Shown: in pieces, positions 1 through 14,005 of the stretch
How positions within the stretch are numbered: position 1 is the first letter of the stretch
Layout: the number at the start of each line of letters is the position of its first letter
NCBI GenBank assembly: GCA_002269645.1
Contig: NIVC01002439.1
Coordinates: 62,001 to 126,000, forward strand
Direction of reading: 5' to 3'
Length of the DNA: 64,000 bases
From: Macrostomum lignano
Taxonomy: Eukaryota
The notes under the pieces: generated by a model
Told to the model about the DNA's origin: nothing
What the model saw: the letters and a program-made list of their open reading frames with translations, nothing else
The model's database searches: none
Program-made: the position numbers and the translations under genes

Positions 1-890
<890 letters not shown>

Positions 891-966
891 TGTTTTGTAC
901 GAGCTCTTCGATTGGAATAAAGATGGCAAAGTTAGCCTGATTTTGGGCCAAACAGACGGGAACGGT

Positions 967-1401
967 GGGGCGTGGCTTTAGCTTAGTCTAAGGACATGGC
1001 GGACCCAAAATTCTTGCTATTTAAGTTAGTTCTCTTGCCTCCACCGGGTCAGAATCATCAGCCCCGCGCATGGCCTCGGGTAATGCCTAAAGGTCGGTGT
1101 GGGTTCCCCGTGCTAAAATTAGCAACAGCACGCAGCGCTTCGTAGGCAGCTTCACGCGGCGGGAGCGTGGCTTGTGGCGTGAATCGTATAGGCAGTGTAC
1201 GCAAAGCTGAGGCCAGTGGGGGCGTGGCCCCGAGACCCAGTGCACAAAGTGCACGCATGGTCAGAAATTCCCTCCTAACTTGTTTCAGCTTAGCCCGGTG
1301 GTTTGTAATTTCGGAAGTGACGATGCCATCACACATGGACTGCGTGATATTGCCACACTGGCCCGCCTCCGCCCCATTTCCACCTATCCAAGCCCCACCC
1401 C
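967..1401. promoter_or_regulatory. Cluster of Sp/KLF GC/GT boxes upstream of the KLF gene
   Basis: GGGGCGTGGC at 967 and about 1219, CCCGCCTCCGCCCC at 1362, GCCCCACCCC at 1392, all in a GC-rich island before the AT-rich spacer. Confidence 0.5.
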
Positions 1402-4400
1402 AGTCGAACTAGCCGACTAGACGAGCAAATATTTTCCCCCTAAAGTTCGGCCCATGACCTCGTTGCCTGAAGGCCGAGCAATAAGAACAGTCTTCTTATC
1501 TTAAAGATTGCTTAACAACCAAAATCCACAAAATCCACGTAGAATCCGATCCAGTGCTGCATGATCATTCTGAATCTAAAGCTAAAACTCAAACTAATTG
1601 GGGTTATTTTTCGTAGATGAATGACGAAACTCAAACAGTTGAACAACGATAATAATTATTATATGTAATATTATCATAGCTCAACCTTTATTCCAATTTA
1701 TACAATCTCTCATAAATATGTTTAATATCTGCTGGACCAGACAAAAGACTTATTTTGCAGCGCCATAAATAACTTAAGTCGTCACATGACTGGTTCAAAG
1801 TGCATTTGACTTGACTATGTTTATTGTGTGTTCAAGCCGAATTTTCTGGTGCAAATTAATACGAGCTAATCTCGCATGGGCATGCGCTAGCTAAAGTAAT
1901 TTAATTTTTTTAAAAGCAAAAAATCATATGTAATAATTTATCTCGGAAATATTCCTGTGAATGCAGTTAATCCATCTTAAGAAATGCGTTAACCAAATTG
2001 AATGCCTTTTTATTGAGAAAATGGGTTCTTTTGGCAAACTTAAATTGGCTCCCATTGTGCTATTCTACTTAAAGTAGCTTGAACGGGACACCGCAATAGA
2101 GAGTAATTTTTCTTACTATACAAAGTAATTGGAAATCTACAAAATCAGATGTTAGCACTCATTTTGGCGGTACAGGCAGGTACTCATTTCAAGGACAACT
2201 TAAGTAGAAAGACGCAACACTCGAAATCCATGGTAAATGTTTTGAAGGCAACTTTTCGCCGAAAAATACACTACAGAGATAGGTTTTATTTTTTCAGCAA
2301 AAAATTGTTATTGCTTTTGATAGGAGGCAGATCCAGTGTTCATATTTTGATATGTTGTGCCTTTCTTATTGCTCTATCGATATTCGTAAAGCTTATCGTT
2401 CAGAAATAGTTTTAAAGGCAGGTTTCACCGGAAAAATACACTACGGAGATAGGAAATTTCACGATTTTTAACACTAAAACATGCAGTGATTGGGTCTCTT
2501 AAAGCTAATGTCAGAGAAAGTCCTAATCACACTATTTTGTGCCTCACATGCTGCTCTACCGACGCATTAATCGATTTTTCATTTTAAACTTGTTACTTGG
2601 GTAGTCCTTGACTTATTTAAGCATCTCAGGCACTCATTTTAGCGTCGAACAAGGCGCTATTACATGATGTACTATGTACTTTTTGCGCCCTGAAGCAATA
2701 AATCATTGATTTCCATATAACTAGCTATACAATAGGTGTGGCAAAGGGACATTTTAAGGAACAAAGCATTGGCATGTCCCCCTCACGGAGAAAAAGCTAG
2801 CATTGGCATGTCTCCCATAGCTTTTACTGGGGGACATATGTCCCCGGCCCTGCTGGTTCAGTGTCCTCCCCCCAGTTTCGACGCTCCTGAATCCAATTAA
2901 ATCTATAATAGAGCTTTACCATTAGAACTAACGGTCCCATTTGTTTCACGTGCTGTCCGGCTGTGTGCTCACAGTTTCCGTGTACCGTACATGTACCGAT
3001 ACATATACTACTAGCTAGTATAGGGGTACATATGTATATAGTACATGTTTAACATGAAAAACATGCAAGAAACATGCACTACTACAGCGTACACGCATGA
3101 TTCCTGCATAATTACCATGTTCTGCATAGTTCTATTTTTGCATATGTATGTCTGTACAGCAGTATATATTATTTACTGTACCGCATATCCATATATATCA
3201 ATCATTAATTGCAGTTGCAAGTAAATACCGGTCTCGTTTTAAATTAAATGACTGCGATATAAAAATGCAGATAAAAAGCTATGAAGCACGGTTTACTAGT
3301 CCTATAAAAGATGTTTAGTAGCCGTGTTTAATGGCTGATTAGGAAGAAACATAATTTTTTTAAATGTAATTGCAAACAGAAAGCATTGATTTAAATCTAG
3401 AACTTTCTAAGAAACACATGTGCAACTAATCACTAATCTTGCTTTTTTTTAAATCAAAACACTTTCTATAACTTACAAGACGGGGGGGCAGGTGATTAGT
3501 GCCATCAGACATTTTTACTGGTTCTTAAGCTTAAGTTATAATTTACTCTCTTCATGTGCATTCGCTGTTTAATAATAGTTTGGAATTTTTGAGGCCCTGT
3601 TATAAATTTAGTTTTCAAATGGCAACTATCTACTAATGGTATCTATTCTTTAATTTTCATAGAATTTTCTGTGTTTTGACTATATTTATCATTCCCATAC
3701 CTCTTTCTATATATTTTTTATTTCAATCCTTCAGTTATAGAGTATTCTATTTGTTTAATTGAATTTAGTGCCTAAAAAAGTGCCTAATAAAATCACACAA
3801 AACTATTAGGTTTGCCTGTAATTTTGTCAATATATATATAAGTTAAAATTATTAAATGAACTGAAATGCGTGAAGAGGTTTAAGAAACAAATAGTATTAA
3901 AAGAAAGTAGTAGATAATTTATATCTAGACTAAAGCTTTTTAACCATTTGGCATTTTCCTTAGCTATAAAAATATAGCTAAATGTCTTTATCTAATAAAT
4001 TACCTAAGTGTATTTATATATAGCTACCTGAATATTTAATATGTATATTTATATAATGTAGAATAAATGCATTTAATAGACAATATAGAAAATAGAAAAA
4101 AGGGTTTTTAAATTGTTAAGTTACTACTAGGATTCATTGATATAACCAGGAATTTGTGAAGGGAAAAGCATATTCTAGGGCATGGGTAGGCAAACTTTTT
4201 ATATTAAGAGCCAGATAAGGAATCTAGATCATTGTTATAGGCTAGCTGAGAGTAAAAAATGGAATGGGTAATAGAAAAGAAAGAAGAGATGACAAATAAC
4301 AAGAAGGAGAGATGAGAGATATGATAAGAAAAGAGATAAGATTAAAGATTAAAAAGAGAAAAGAGGAAAGATAAAAGAAAGAAGAAAGGAAAGAGATCAG

Positions 4401-5659
4401 AAAGGAAAAGAAAAATAAGAAGATAAGATAAGAAGGAAAAGTAGATGAGAGAAAAGAGAGAAGAAAAGAGAATAGAAAGAACTTAGAAGAAACAACAACC
4501 TTGAGTGGGCTCAGTTGCTATTGTGAAGTTTCAAATGACCCAAGGGCTAGATAGAGAGGCTTTTCAGACCACATGTAGTCCATAGACCAGAGTTTGCCTA
4601 TTCTGGAGGATAAATGCCTAAAAGGGAAAAGAGGGGATGGCTTTGATTTTTCTGTGAAAATGTACATGGTCCCTCTTTTTTTATGGTCTCTACCAAAGGG
4701 GGGAACCACCCTCATCTTTGCCTAGGTGCACCCTTGCAAGTATTAATACATTGCAATTAAACAGTTAACAATCAAAATTGTTTACTAAAACTGTATCTAG
4801 TGCTACAATTTATAATTTATGTTACACCAAATTACCAATTATCTTTAGCTTCTTGCTACTATATTTCTTCATTGATTTTGAGCATTTGGCTAATAAATGA
4901 CTTTGGCTTGAATCTCTTGATTGGCAATTGTATAAACAGCTAACTTGAATGCCTCAATAGAATAGAAATTCCTTAGTGACTTAAATAAGCTATTAGATGA
5001 GTTCACCCATTTTTAATAATTTGCAAAAATTAAAACTATTTTAATTATACCAAAGTTATATAGTGCAATCTAACTTTGCTACTTTTAGTAGAATCTGACA
5101 AATTTCATAGGAGATATGGTAAATTTTATCTATATACTTAACTGGCTTTAAAGTATAGTTTAGTATTTTGTGCACTGCACCTGCTATAGGATCCTGGCTA
5201 AATTAGCTTTTTATAAGCCACTTGCTCAGCCTGCTTCACCTTCCCAGCCTTATTGGTTTTCCTCACTTCTGAATTATTGATTAAGTGCTATTGACTAGCG
5301 ACACAGAGTGAAACAAATGTGACTGAGCTCTAGTCCAGCAAATTTACATGGGCTGAATTGAATTCTCAATTTGCAAGCACAAGCAGTGGCGCTTTTTAAG
5401 ATGGCTTTTATTTTCTTTCCCATAAAGGCTTAAAGAGAATGTCTTACCTGCGCACGAAGGATCTAAATAGGGCGGGTGTTTTTGATCCAATAATGCCTGA
5501 AGTCCAAAGAATCTTATATGAGTGAATGTCTTCCTAACACTAAATGAATCCCCAAGGAGGCCTGCTACCCCATCCCCGCACCTGAGGGATTCCAGGTGCA
5601 GGTGGTCGTCCCAAAATTGAGCTTAAATTCCAAATTTGCAGCTTCGCTGAGCAGCAGTC

Positions 5660-6154
5660 ATGGCCGAAGCGAGTTCCGACATCTCCGCTGACGGCGACTC
5701 GCTTCCGGCCATCGCCGGCGCCTTCGTGGCGGCATTCGACACGCATGTTGGCAACCTGATCGAGTGGTGCCGGCCAGCCGAGCTCAACAGGCCCGGCCTG
5801 GAGTTCAAAGCCATCCCGAGCGGGGCGCACGACTTGGACGAAGATTTTGTTTATCTGCGCTGCGGCCGGCTGTTCGGTCTGGCCGTCTGCGTCAAACGCG
5901 ACCTGTCGTTGCTGGCCTCGCCAGCCGCCGCAGCGGCTGAGCGCGGCGCCCGCGTCCGCTCCGTAGGCGTCCTTGGCAGGCGGCCCGGGCCGCTGGGCCG
6001 GCACGCGGCCTTCCTGCGGCGCCAGGCGGACAGGCTGCTGGACGGTGGCAGCGACTACTCGGAGCTGGCCGCCTTTGTTGACGAGCGCCGGGCTGACGAG
6101 CCGGACGGCGACGATGCGATCGATGCCAATGCTCTGCTGGGCCTCGGCCTGACG
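5660..6154 (+). CDS. DENND11: DENN domain protein 11 (LCHN/KIAA1147) exon 1
   Basis: AFVAAFDTHVGNLIEWCRP..LEFKAIPSGAHDLDEDFVYLR...ERGARVRSVGVL matches the DENND11 uDENN region; donor ACG|GTGAGG, phase 0. Confidence 0.88.
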
Positions 6155-6162
6155 GTGAGGGC

Positions 6163-6345
6163 CTGGTCATAGTAGACTGTAGATCTGGTCATAGTAGACT
6201 GTAGATCTGGTTATAGTAGACTGTAAATCTGGTCATAGTAGACTGTAAATCTGGTCATACATGTAGTAGACTGTAAATCTTTACTGGTCATAGTAGACTG
6301 TAAATCTGGTCATAGTAGACTGTAAATCTGGTCATAATTGACTAT
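6163..6345. repeat. 22-bp minisatellite in DENND11 intron 1
   Basis: Unit TCTGGTCATAGTAGACTGTAAA, about 8 copies. Confidence 0.9.
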
Positions 6346-6437
6346 GTACAGTACCCCTAGCCAATATAGACTAGATCTGCCAGGTGCTGCTGGAAAGCTG
6401 AAGTGAAAGCAGAGCTTTGCCTCATCTTTTTTCCTAG

Positions 6438-6585
6438 TTTTTCAGCGATCAACGGCACGCACTGGCATTTGACGCGTTCTTCGAGGGATTCGGCGAGCAG
6501 CTGATGATTCTGTGGAAATTCATGCTGCTCAGGAAGCGGGTTCTTTTCTGCTCTCTGCCGCCGATTGGAGACTCCTGCCTATTTG
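6438..6585 (+). CDS. DENND11: DENND11 exon 2
   Basis: Acceptor TTTTTTCCTAG|, then [49 protein letters not shown] (the FGEQ..ILWKF.LLRKR motif); donor TTTG|GTGAG, phase 1. Confidence 0.88.
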
Positions 6586-6611
6586 GTGAGCTGGTGTGTC
6601 CGTGCTGAAGT

Positions 6612-6960
6612 AGAGGCTGGGTCATAGGGTTTGAGAGGCTAGGTCATAGGGGGTTGATGAGGCTGGGTCATAGGGGGCTGATGAAGCTGAGTAATAGAGG
6701 GTTGATGAGGCTGGGTCATAGGAGGTCGATGAGGCTGGGTCATAGGAGGTCGATGAGGCTAGGTCATAGGTGGTCGATGAGGCTGGATCATAGGGGGTTG
6801 AGGCCGGGTCATAGGGTGTTGATGAGGCTGAGTCATAGGGAGTTTGATGAGGCTGGGTCATAATGGGTTAAGGCTGGGTCATAGGCGGTTGAGGCTGGGT
6901 CATATGGGTTAAAGTCTTGACCACAGGAGGCTAAGACCTGGTCATAGAGCTCCAGTATTA
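6612..6960. repeat. Degenerate ~24-bp minisatellite in DENND11 intron 2
   Basis: Unit GAGGCTGGGTCATAGGGGGTTGAT. Confidence 0.85.
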
Positions 6961-7020
6961 GAGGCATCCAGTGCTCATAGCTGAGCCAGTAATTGCCATG
7001 CACCGCCCCCGTCTCAACAG

Positions 7021-7529
7021 TGCTGTTCGCGTGCGCCCTTGCTGCCCAGACTGGCGCCCCGGCGCCGGCGCCTGAGCTGTTCGTCAGCGTGGCCGACATC
7101 GACCGGCTGCGCGGCCTGCCGCACTACGCAGCCTGCAGCACCGAGTCCATCCTGCTGCACAAGCCGGACCTGTGGCACCTGGCCATCACGGACGGCTGGC
7201 GGATGCGCGCCTCAGGGCCGGCCAGCCAGCGGCTCTGCTCGGCCGTCACAGCCGGCGATCGGCGGCGATTCGCCAGCGCCAGCGCCGAGTATCGCAGGCG
7301 GCGCAGCCCAGCGGACGCGCTGCGCTGGTTTGCCGACCTCAACCGGGGCCTCGGCGCCGCCCTGGAGCTGGCAGCCGGGCCGGCCGAGGATCACCGGTTC
7401 AGCGCCGAGGCCGCCCGCGAGTTCGGCTTCGATCTGGGCGCCCGGGCGGACCGGGAGTTCCTGGCCGAGCTGCTCCGCCTGCGCGGATTGGACGCTTCGC
7501 TGGCCGAAACTTCCTGCTGTCCGCTGTAG
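7021..7529 (+). CDS. DENND11: DENND11 exon 3 (last)
   Basis: Acceptor TCTCAACAG|, phase 1 consistent; FVSVADIDRL...ILLHKPDLWHL...AGDRRRF...WFADLN...FGFDLGARADREFL, ending SCCPL*. Confidence 0.85.
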
Positions 7530-7571
7530 GAGAGTTGCGATCGTAGCGGACAGACATTTGTCTTGGTATGG

Positions 7572-7963
7572 GATTTCCTGATCCTGGTTTCTGGAGGGGT
7601 GAGATTTCCTGATCCCATGGTTTCTGGAGGGGTGAGATTTCCTGATCCCATGTTTTCTGGAGGGGTGAGATTTCCTGATCCTGGTTTCTGGAGGGGTGAG
7701 ATTTCCTAATCCTGGTTTCTGGAGGGGTGAGATTTCCTGATCCTGATTTCTGGATTGATGAGATTTCCTGATCCTGATTTCTGGATTGGTGAGATTTCCT
7801 GATCCTGATTTCTGGATTGGTGAGATTTCCTGATCCTGGTTTCTGGAGGGGGTGAGATTTCCTGATCCTGATTTCTGGATTGATGAGATTTCCTGATCCT
7901 GATTTCTTTATTGGTGAGATTTCCTGATCCTGATTTCTGGATTGGTGAGATTTCCTGATCCTG
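7572..7963. repeat. ~31-bp minisatellite downstream of the DENND11 stop
   Basis: Unit GATTTCCTGATCCTGGTTTCTGGAGGGGTGA and variant ...GATTTCTGGATTGGTGA. Confidence 0.9.
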
Positions 7964-8295
7964 CTTCGTTCCTTGTGAGGTCTCCAAAATGGAATATTTT
8001 ATATTGCATGTTGATTTAAGATTTTGTAATTATTGTCTGTCTGCTCTGCTAGCAGCGATTTCTGTCCACGATCTTGAATGAGTAGATATTGTTTAATTCG
8101 CCCAACATTGGAAGTGTCGCCTTTATTTTATCTCGGTGTGCGCACTTTCCGATTATATAAGGCTTTCAATAACTTACTCTGGGTCCCATTGCATTGCTTA
8201 ATCTGTTTCATACACTGTCACTACAAGATTGCTCCGTGCATTGCAAAGTCTCTGTGGAAGAGTTTAGTTTTTAGTTGGAGGCATGGGGCTGTCTG

Positions 8296-8644
8296 CAACC
8301 TGGCTGACTTTAAGCGACATTGTCTCACAATCGGTGAGAGGCATTGCTGCCCATTCCGCCGACTCCTCTGAGCAGGCACACAAGCGCGCGGATACGTACG
8401 CAGTCATACGCACAGGCACACACTCACACGGGAGTGTACAGCGGCCCTAACTTTATTTATCGTTAGGCATGTACACTTCACTGTGCCTTGGGGGTTGGCC
8501 CTCAAGGCCGTTAATTGCACGAGCAGAGCCAAGCCGAGATTCAAATTTAGCCCCAAATTTTCGGATTAATGTGACTGCACTTGGAATCGAGCCTGGGCCG
8601 CTGGCACATCAGAGCGCCACGGTAGACCACTGAACTACGCCCCC
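8296..8644 (-). mobile_element. tRNA-derived SINE (family A), near full length
   Basis: Reverse complement begins GGGGGCGTAGTTCAGTGG (A box) ... GGCTCGATTCC (B box); body matches the copies at 18720, 42431 and 52199. Confidence 0.85.
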
Positions 8645-8662
8645 TTGTTTAGAAGAGGTTTG

Positions 8663-9752
8663 GCTGTAAACTGTCGGTAGAAAAGACTCGGGGGGGGGGG
8701 GTAAACTGTCGGTAGAAGAGGCTAAGGGGGTAAACTGTCGGTAGAAGAGGCTAAGGGGGTAAACTGTCGGTAGAAGAGGCTAAGGGGGTAAACTGTCGGT
8801 AGAAGAGGCTAAGGGGGTAAACCGTCGGTAGAAGAGGCTAAGGGGGTAAACTGTCGGTAGAAGAGGCTCGAGAGGTAAACTGTCGGTAGAAGAGGCTCGA
8901 GAGGTAAACTGTCGGTAGAAGAGGCTCGAGAGGTAAACTGTCGGTAGAAGAGGCTCGGGAAGTAAGCTGTCGGTAGAAGAGGCTCGGGAAGTAAACTGTC
9001 GGTAGAAGAGGCTCGGGGGTAAACTTACTGTCGGTAGAAGAGGCTCGGGAAGTAAACTGTCGGTAGAAGAGTCTCGGGACTTGACTTACTTGACTTAGCT
9101 GCAGGGCTGTCCCGGAGGGGACACAGCGGGAAGGCGCGGGCGCCCATTCCGCTAGTCCCTGAACGGCCGACGCGTCGCTATGGACGGAGGGTTGGCGCCG
9201 CCCAGGGAGGTCCCCCAGTGTCGCCAGCAGCTATGGTGCTCTCTGGAAAGGAGAGTTCAGCCCTGCGGGTGGCCCGAAGGTAGCGCATGAGCTGATTAAA
9301 GTTTTCGGGTTTGCACGCTTCAGTAATAGATGTGTGTGGCCCGAGGTAGAGTCTCGGGAAGTAAACTGTCGGTAGAAGAGGCTCGGGGGGCAAACTTACT
9401 GTCGGTAGAAGAGGCTCGGGAAGTAAACTGTCGGTAGAAGAGGCTCGAGAGGTAAACTGTCGGTAGAAGAAGCTCGAGAGGTAAACTGTCGGTAGAAGAG
9501 GCTCGAGAGGTAAACTGTCGGTAGAAGAGGCTCGGGAAGTAAGCTGTCGGTAGAAGAGGCTCGGGAAGTAAACTGTCGGTAGAAGAGGCTCGGGGGTAAA
9601 CTTACTGTCGGTAGAAGAGGCTCGGAAAGTAAACTGTCGGTAGAAGAGTCTCGGGAAGTAAACTGTCGGTAGAAGAGGCCCGGTAAGTAACTGTCGGTAG
9701 AAGAGGCTCGGGAAGTAAACTGTCGGTAGAAGAGGCTCGGGTGGTAAACAGT
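8663..9752. repeat. ~29-bp minisatellite interrupted at 9080-9347 by an insertion
   Basis: Unit AAACTGTCGGTAGAAGAGGCTCGGGAAGT with variants, present on both sides of the insert. Confidence 0.9.
9080..9347 (-). mobile_element. 5'-truncated non-LTR retrotransposon (LINE) 3' end
   Basis: AGAGTCTCGGGA flanks both sides (9068-9079, 9348-9359). The minus strand encodes LGPHTSITEACKPENFNQLMRYLRATRR, which resembles a LINE ORF2 C-terminus, and ends in an AAGTC/AAGT repeat tail. Confidence 0.6.
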
Positions 9753-12739
9753 CGGTGGACTCCAGATGCTCCAGACTCTAGATCTAGGCGTCCCTGGCCG
9801 CGCGCCCGTCCGATGCAGTCTGTTCCGATATGCCACTTTCTCTTTTACGACGATGTGGCAGAAAATTTGCCTAATTTGAGCCGCTGATATTGAGCCAGTG
9901 GGAATATAAAGTACGGCTTAGAATGGGAATTCTGTGCCACTGCTAGTCCCTAATGCGGCATTAGTCCGCTGGTCCGAGCCTTCATTTCCAACTATTTCGG
10001 TCTTTTAGAAGCGTCAAGTTAATTTTTCTCGATGTCTCTGCTTTGCTCACTAGATAGCTCTTAAGCCACTCAAATTCTTGATGAAGCCTCCACAGCCTCG
10101 CGGTAAAGAGAAATTTTAACTATTTATTTATTGCATTGCAATATTGTAAATGCAAAGATTTGACTACGTGCTAAAAGTTCGACTGGCACTAAAATTTGAT
10201 TTAACTGTACACACTTTTACTTCTGTAATTTGTATACTCATCATTTTACCTGTTAATAAATAAATTTTGTGAATTAAACACGGCTCTGGAATTAGAGTTT
10301 ATCTTTTATCTTTGTCAATTTTGGAGGACCCCTGTTCAACATTGCTCAGTGTATAGGGTATTCTCCCTGCTCAACCATGCTAACTTTCCCCTACTGGTGA
10401 ATGATTTGCTTTCGAGGTCAGTGGCGAGGAGCAGTAAAACTGAAGCTTGGAAGGCAGCATCAGTTTGGCAACAATAATGCTGATTAATTGCTCTTGTCTC
10501 CGCCCTACCCAATGAAGGCCATTGAAGGCCGAATCCCATCGGACGGAGGGTGAGCTGCAATTTTGGGTCGATGCTGCTGCAACTTGCACCGAATTGGGAG
10601 ACAATTTCAGTTGGCAATCTATCCGACCCCCTCCCGCCAATTAATTAGCACTCCGCCCTGCACCGGAAATGGTTTCTAGCGGCCTGTGCTGTGCTGATCG
10701 CGAAAGGTTTCGCTTCCCTGTTGACTCTGGGCAAACTGGGCTGGGTGTGTGTGGTTTGTGCTATTTTGACACTGAATGCTGCAGCTTCATGAACTACGAT
10801 AAGTGAGGATTGAACATTTTAAGTGAGATAACAGTCCTTGTCCTCAGGCTCAACTGGGGCTAAATTGCGACAGATGATGATGGAGCTGTTGTGAATGCTG
10901 TCCTTCGTCTCTGGTTCTAGCGCTGCGTCACCCCTAATCTGCGCTTTAGGCTGACTTCATGTAAAACCACAGATACTAAATAACGAGATGGGCCACTCAG
11001 GCGTATATACTTAGTAAAACAGCTTTCTACTTTCAGTTCAGTAGCAAAGAATAATCATAAGCTTTTTTTTTAAATAAAGGCAGCTGAAATTACTTTGATA
11101 AGTTCAGAAGCCCAAAGCTTGCAGGCGTAAACAACTTGCTAATTGGTTCAGCCATAATGTACATTAGCCAGTCCACTGAAATGTACATGGCTAGGCTGGA
11201 GTTTCCGAGAAAGGCAATTAAAATTAGGGCTGGGCGGGGCGGGGGTAGAGTGGAAAGGCGCGGTTGGAGGTTTAGTTGGGGGCGGCGGGGTAGAGACTCG
11301 TTCACACTGCCATCAAATAAGACCAAATTACGTGTGATCACACAATTTGTACATCAAATTTGATTCCTTTGTACATTAGTCGTGTGATTTGGTGGCTCGT
11401 TTGATGGCACGTGTGAATGAGCCTTTAGAGCCAATAAATGAACCTGGACTTTAAAACACATTAAACTGCTTCCGTTTAACTTGCTACTGAACTGAAAGTA
11501 GCTTACACGCAAGTGTGCTGAGTGGCCCATCTACATGTAGTTATTCTAGAATCTATGTGTAAAACTCGCGGCTTGCTGGGAATTCTACGTTTATGCAATC
11601 TCATTAATTGCGTTCAATTGGCAATCCTTGGATTCTGTCATGTTTTTTATGGTTCTTCATGGTTCTAAACTTTGTCTGCGCTGTACATGTAGTTGAATTA
11701 GTAGTCATTGGCAGACACGTATTCCGCTGATCCACCGTCATCTACACGGAATTGGTCATTTGCAGGCCTGTATTCCACTGATCAACGGCCATCTACTCGT
11801 GGTCTCCCATGGGTTAGGGACTCCAAGCTCAATAAAAGCGAGCAGTAAGCAGCAGCCATCAATGCCGACCTGGAGCAGTGTTTGAACCTGCGCTGATGCT
11901 AAAGCTGCGGATGTGTGCTCAGCCGCACGGCAGCTTTAATTCGATAATTCCAGCGTCAACACCGGGCTGGCATGCAGAGAGGGAGCGACCGGTCTGGGGC
12001 AAACACGGTCTGTTGTCTTTCCCGTGGCTCCCGGTGCTGTTGCCAAGAAAAGTAGGTTGCAGCAGCTCGGTGCTGATTTCCTGTGTTGTTTTTTTTTAAC
12101 AGATCAACCCAGCCCATCCATTGTCCACTGAAACTCAGCGAGGCAGTTCAATTAGTCCGGAGTCGTCAGGATTTCTTAATCGCTTTAATCATTAATAATC
12201 GCATTGGTTGTATTTTGCAACCCGATGGCTGACAAAGAGTCAAAAAATGCAAATCAATTGAGGATTTTTTAAGACACTATTGGGTCTCTGAAGGCAGGGC
12301 TGCTATTGAAAGCGGATACAGCATTATGTACAGTGTGCATCCAGAAGGTAGATTAGATCCGTACAATACTCTTTACAAAACTTGCAGCGGCGAATCCGGA
12401 AACGGTTTCTGTTTTGATAAATTTACAAACAAATCGACAGTTGAAAGGTCTCAGATCGAAGAGCAAAAACTGAAACAATTTAAATTCCGGGACTCGCCGC
12501 TGCAGGAGATTTTTATCGCGAAAAAAGCAGAAGGAAAACAGTTATCGATATTGATAATTAATAAAAATTATACACTACGATCGTAGAAAAGGAATACTGT
12601 TCCATACTTAGTAGTAACCAGGATTCCCGATCCAGTGATGAACAACTGAAGTATCAATAGAAGGGACGCTGAGCTTGTATAAAACCTTCTGGACCTCCAG
12701 ATCCAAGCAAGCATATCAATGCAGATTTTTAAGACGCTG

Positions 12740-12900
12740 AACTTTCAAACCCCGGAAGTTTGCTTGTGTTGCCGGTCTTCTGTTGCAGTTCATGAAAAAA
12801 AACAGATTGATAAACTTGTGACTGGAACCTCGGACACAACAGGCGCTTGCTTGATTTGTGATTCGGAAGTCCAGAAGGTGAGATATTGGGAATTCGGGTT
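12740..12900 (+). repeat. Interspersed repeat (unclassified), similar to 57075-57230
   Basis: Shared blocks TTGCCGGT..GTTCATGAA..AAACAG.TTGATAAACTTGTGA and TTGTGATTCGGAAGTCCAGAAG.TGAG. Confidence 0.7.
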
Positions 12901-13024
12901 TAAACCGCTCCCCAGCGAAGCATCAAGCACCTATAAAACAGCGAATAAAATCTGTCATCCGTATGGTTAAAAAGAATATAAAAACTCTGCAAAATAGATG
13001 TCTTCTTTCGGACTTTAGGATTGC

Positions 13025-13155
13025 TTAGATGAGGTTGGAGATGGACTGGACGGTCGTCACGCCGAAGATGAAGGAGCCGAGCACTAGGAAGACGGCCGCG
13101 GCCAGCTGCTTCAACCAGCTGGCATCGTCCAGGCCGATCTTGAACAGACACAGGC
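13025..13155 (-). CDS. SLC38A7: SLC38A7-like transporter exon 7 (last)
   Basis: Acceptor CCTTTGCAG|, then GLCLFKIGLDDASWLKQLAAAVFLVLGSFIFGVTTVQSISNLI*, matching the SNAT7 C-terminal TM (LG.FIFG.TT). Confidence 0.8.
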
Positions 13156-13243
13156 CTGCAAAGGCGGGGCAGCGCGATGGCGACTGAGGCTATATATCTG
13201 TTGGCACTTGGGTCTTAGCTGGTAGGCTCAACTCTGAATGAAA

Positions 13244-13930
13244 GGGAGTGGCAACCCAACTTGAGACACGGAGGGAGTGGCAACCCAACTTGAGACACAG
13301 AGGGAGTGGCAACCCAACCTGAGACACGGAGGGAGTGACAACCCAATATGAGACACAGAGGGAGTGGCAACCCAACCTGAGACACGGAGGGAGTGACAAC
13401 CCAACCCAAGGCCTGAGAGGGAGTGGCAACCCAACCTGAGACACGGAGGGAGTGGCAACCCAACCTGAGACACGGAGGGAGTGGCAACCCAACCTGAGAC
13501 ACGGAGGGAGTGACAACCCAACTGAGAGGACAACCCAACCAAGGCCTGAGAGGGAGTGACAACCCAACCCAAGGCCTGGAGGGAGTGACAACCCAACCTG
13601 AGACACGGAGGGAGTGGCAACCCAACCTGAGACACGGAGGGAGTGACAACCCAACCTGAGAGGGAGTGGCAACCCACCAAAGGGAGTGGCAACCCAACCT
13701 GAGACACGGAGGGAGTGACAACCCAACCCAAGGCCTGAGAGGGAGTGGCAACCAACCTGAGACACGGAGGGAGTGGCAACCCAACCTGAGACACGGAGGG
13801 AGTGACAACCCAACCAAGGCCTGAGAGGGAGTGGCAACCCAACCTGAGACACGGAGGAGTGGCAACCCAACCTGAGACACGGAGGGAGTGACAACCCAAC
13901 CCAAGGCCTGAGAGGGAGTGGCAACCCAAC
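13244..13930. repeat. 29-bp minisatellite (SLC38A7 intron 6)
   Basis: Unit GGGAGTGGCAACCCAACCTGAGACACGGA. Confidence 0.92.
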
Positions 13931-14005
13931 AATAGAAGTTAAGCTGAATCAATATTTTGCATAGAGAATAACTGGTGGCGGGATCGGGCTAGAGAGAAGC
14001 CGCAC

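Noticed and set aside
5540-6172. Antisense and alternative-frame ORFs overlapping DENND11; the same applies to ENaC, ZNRF and KLF exons
   Set aside because: Shadow ORFs of GC-rich coding exons.
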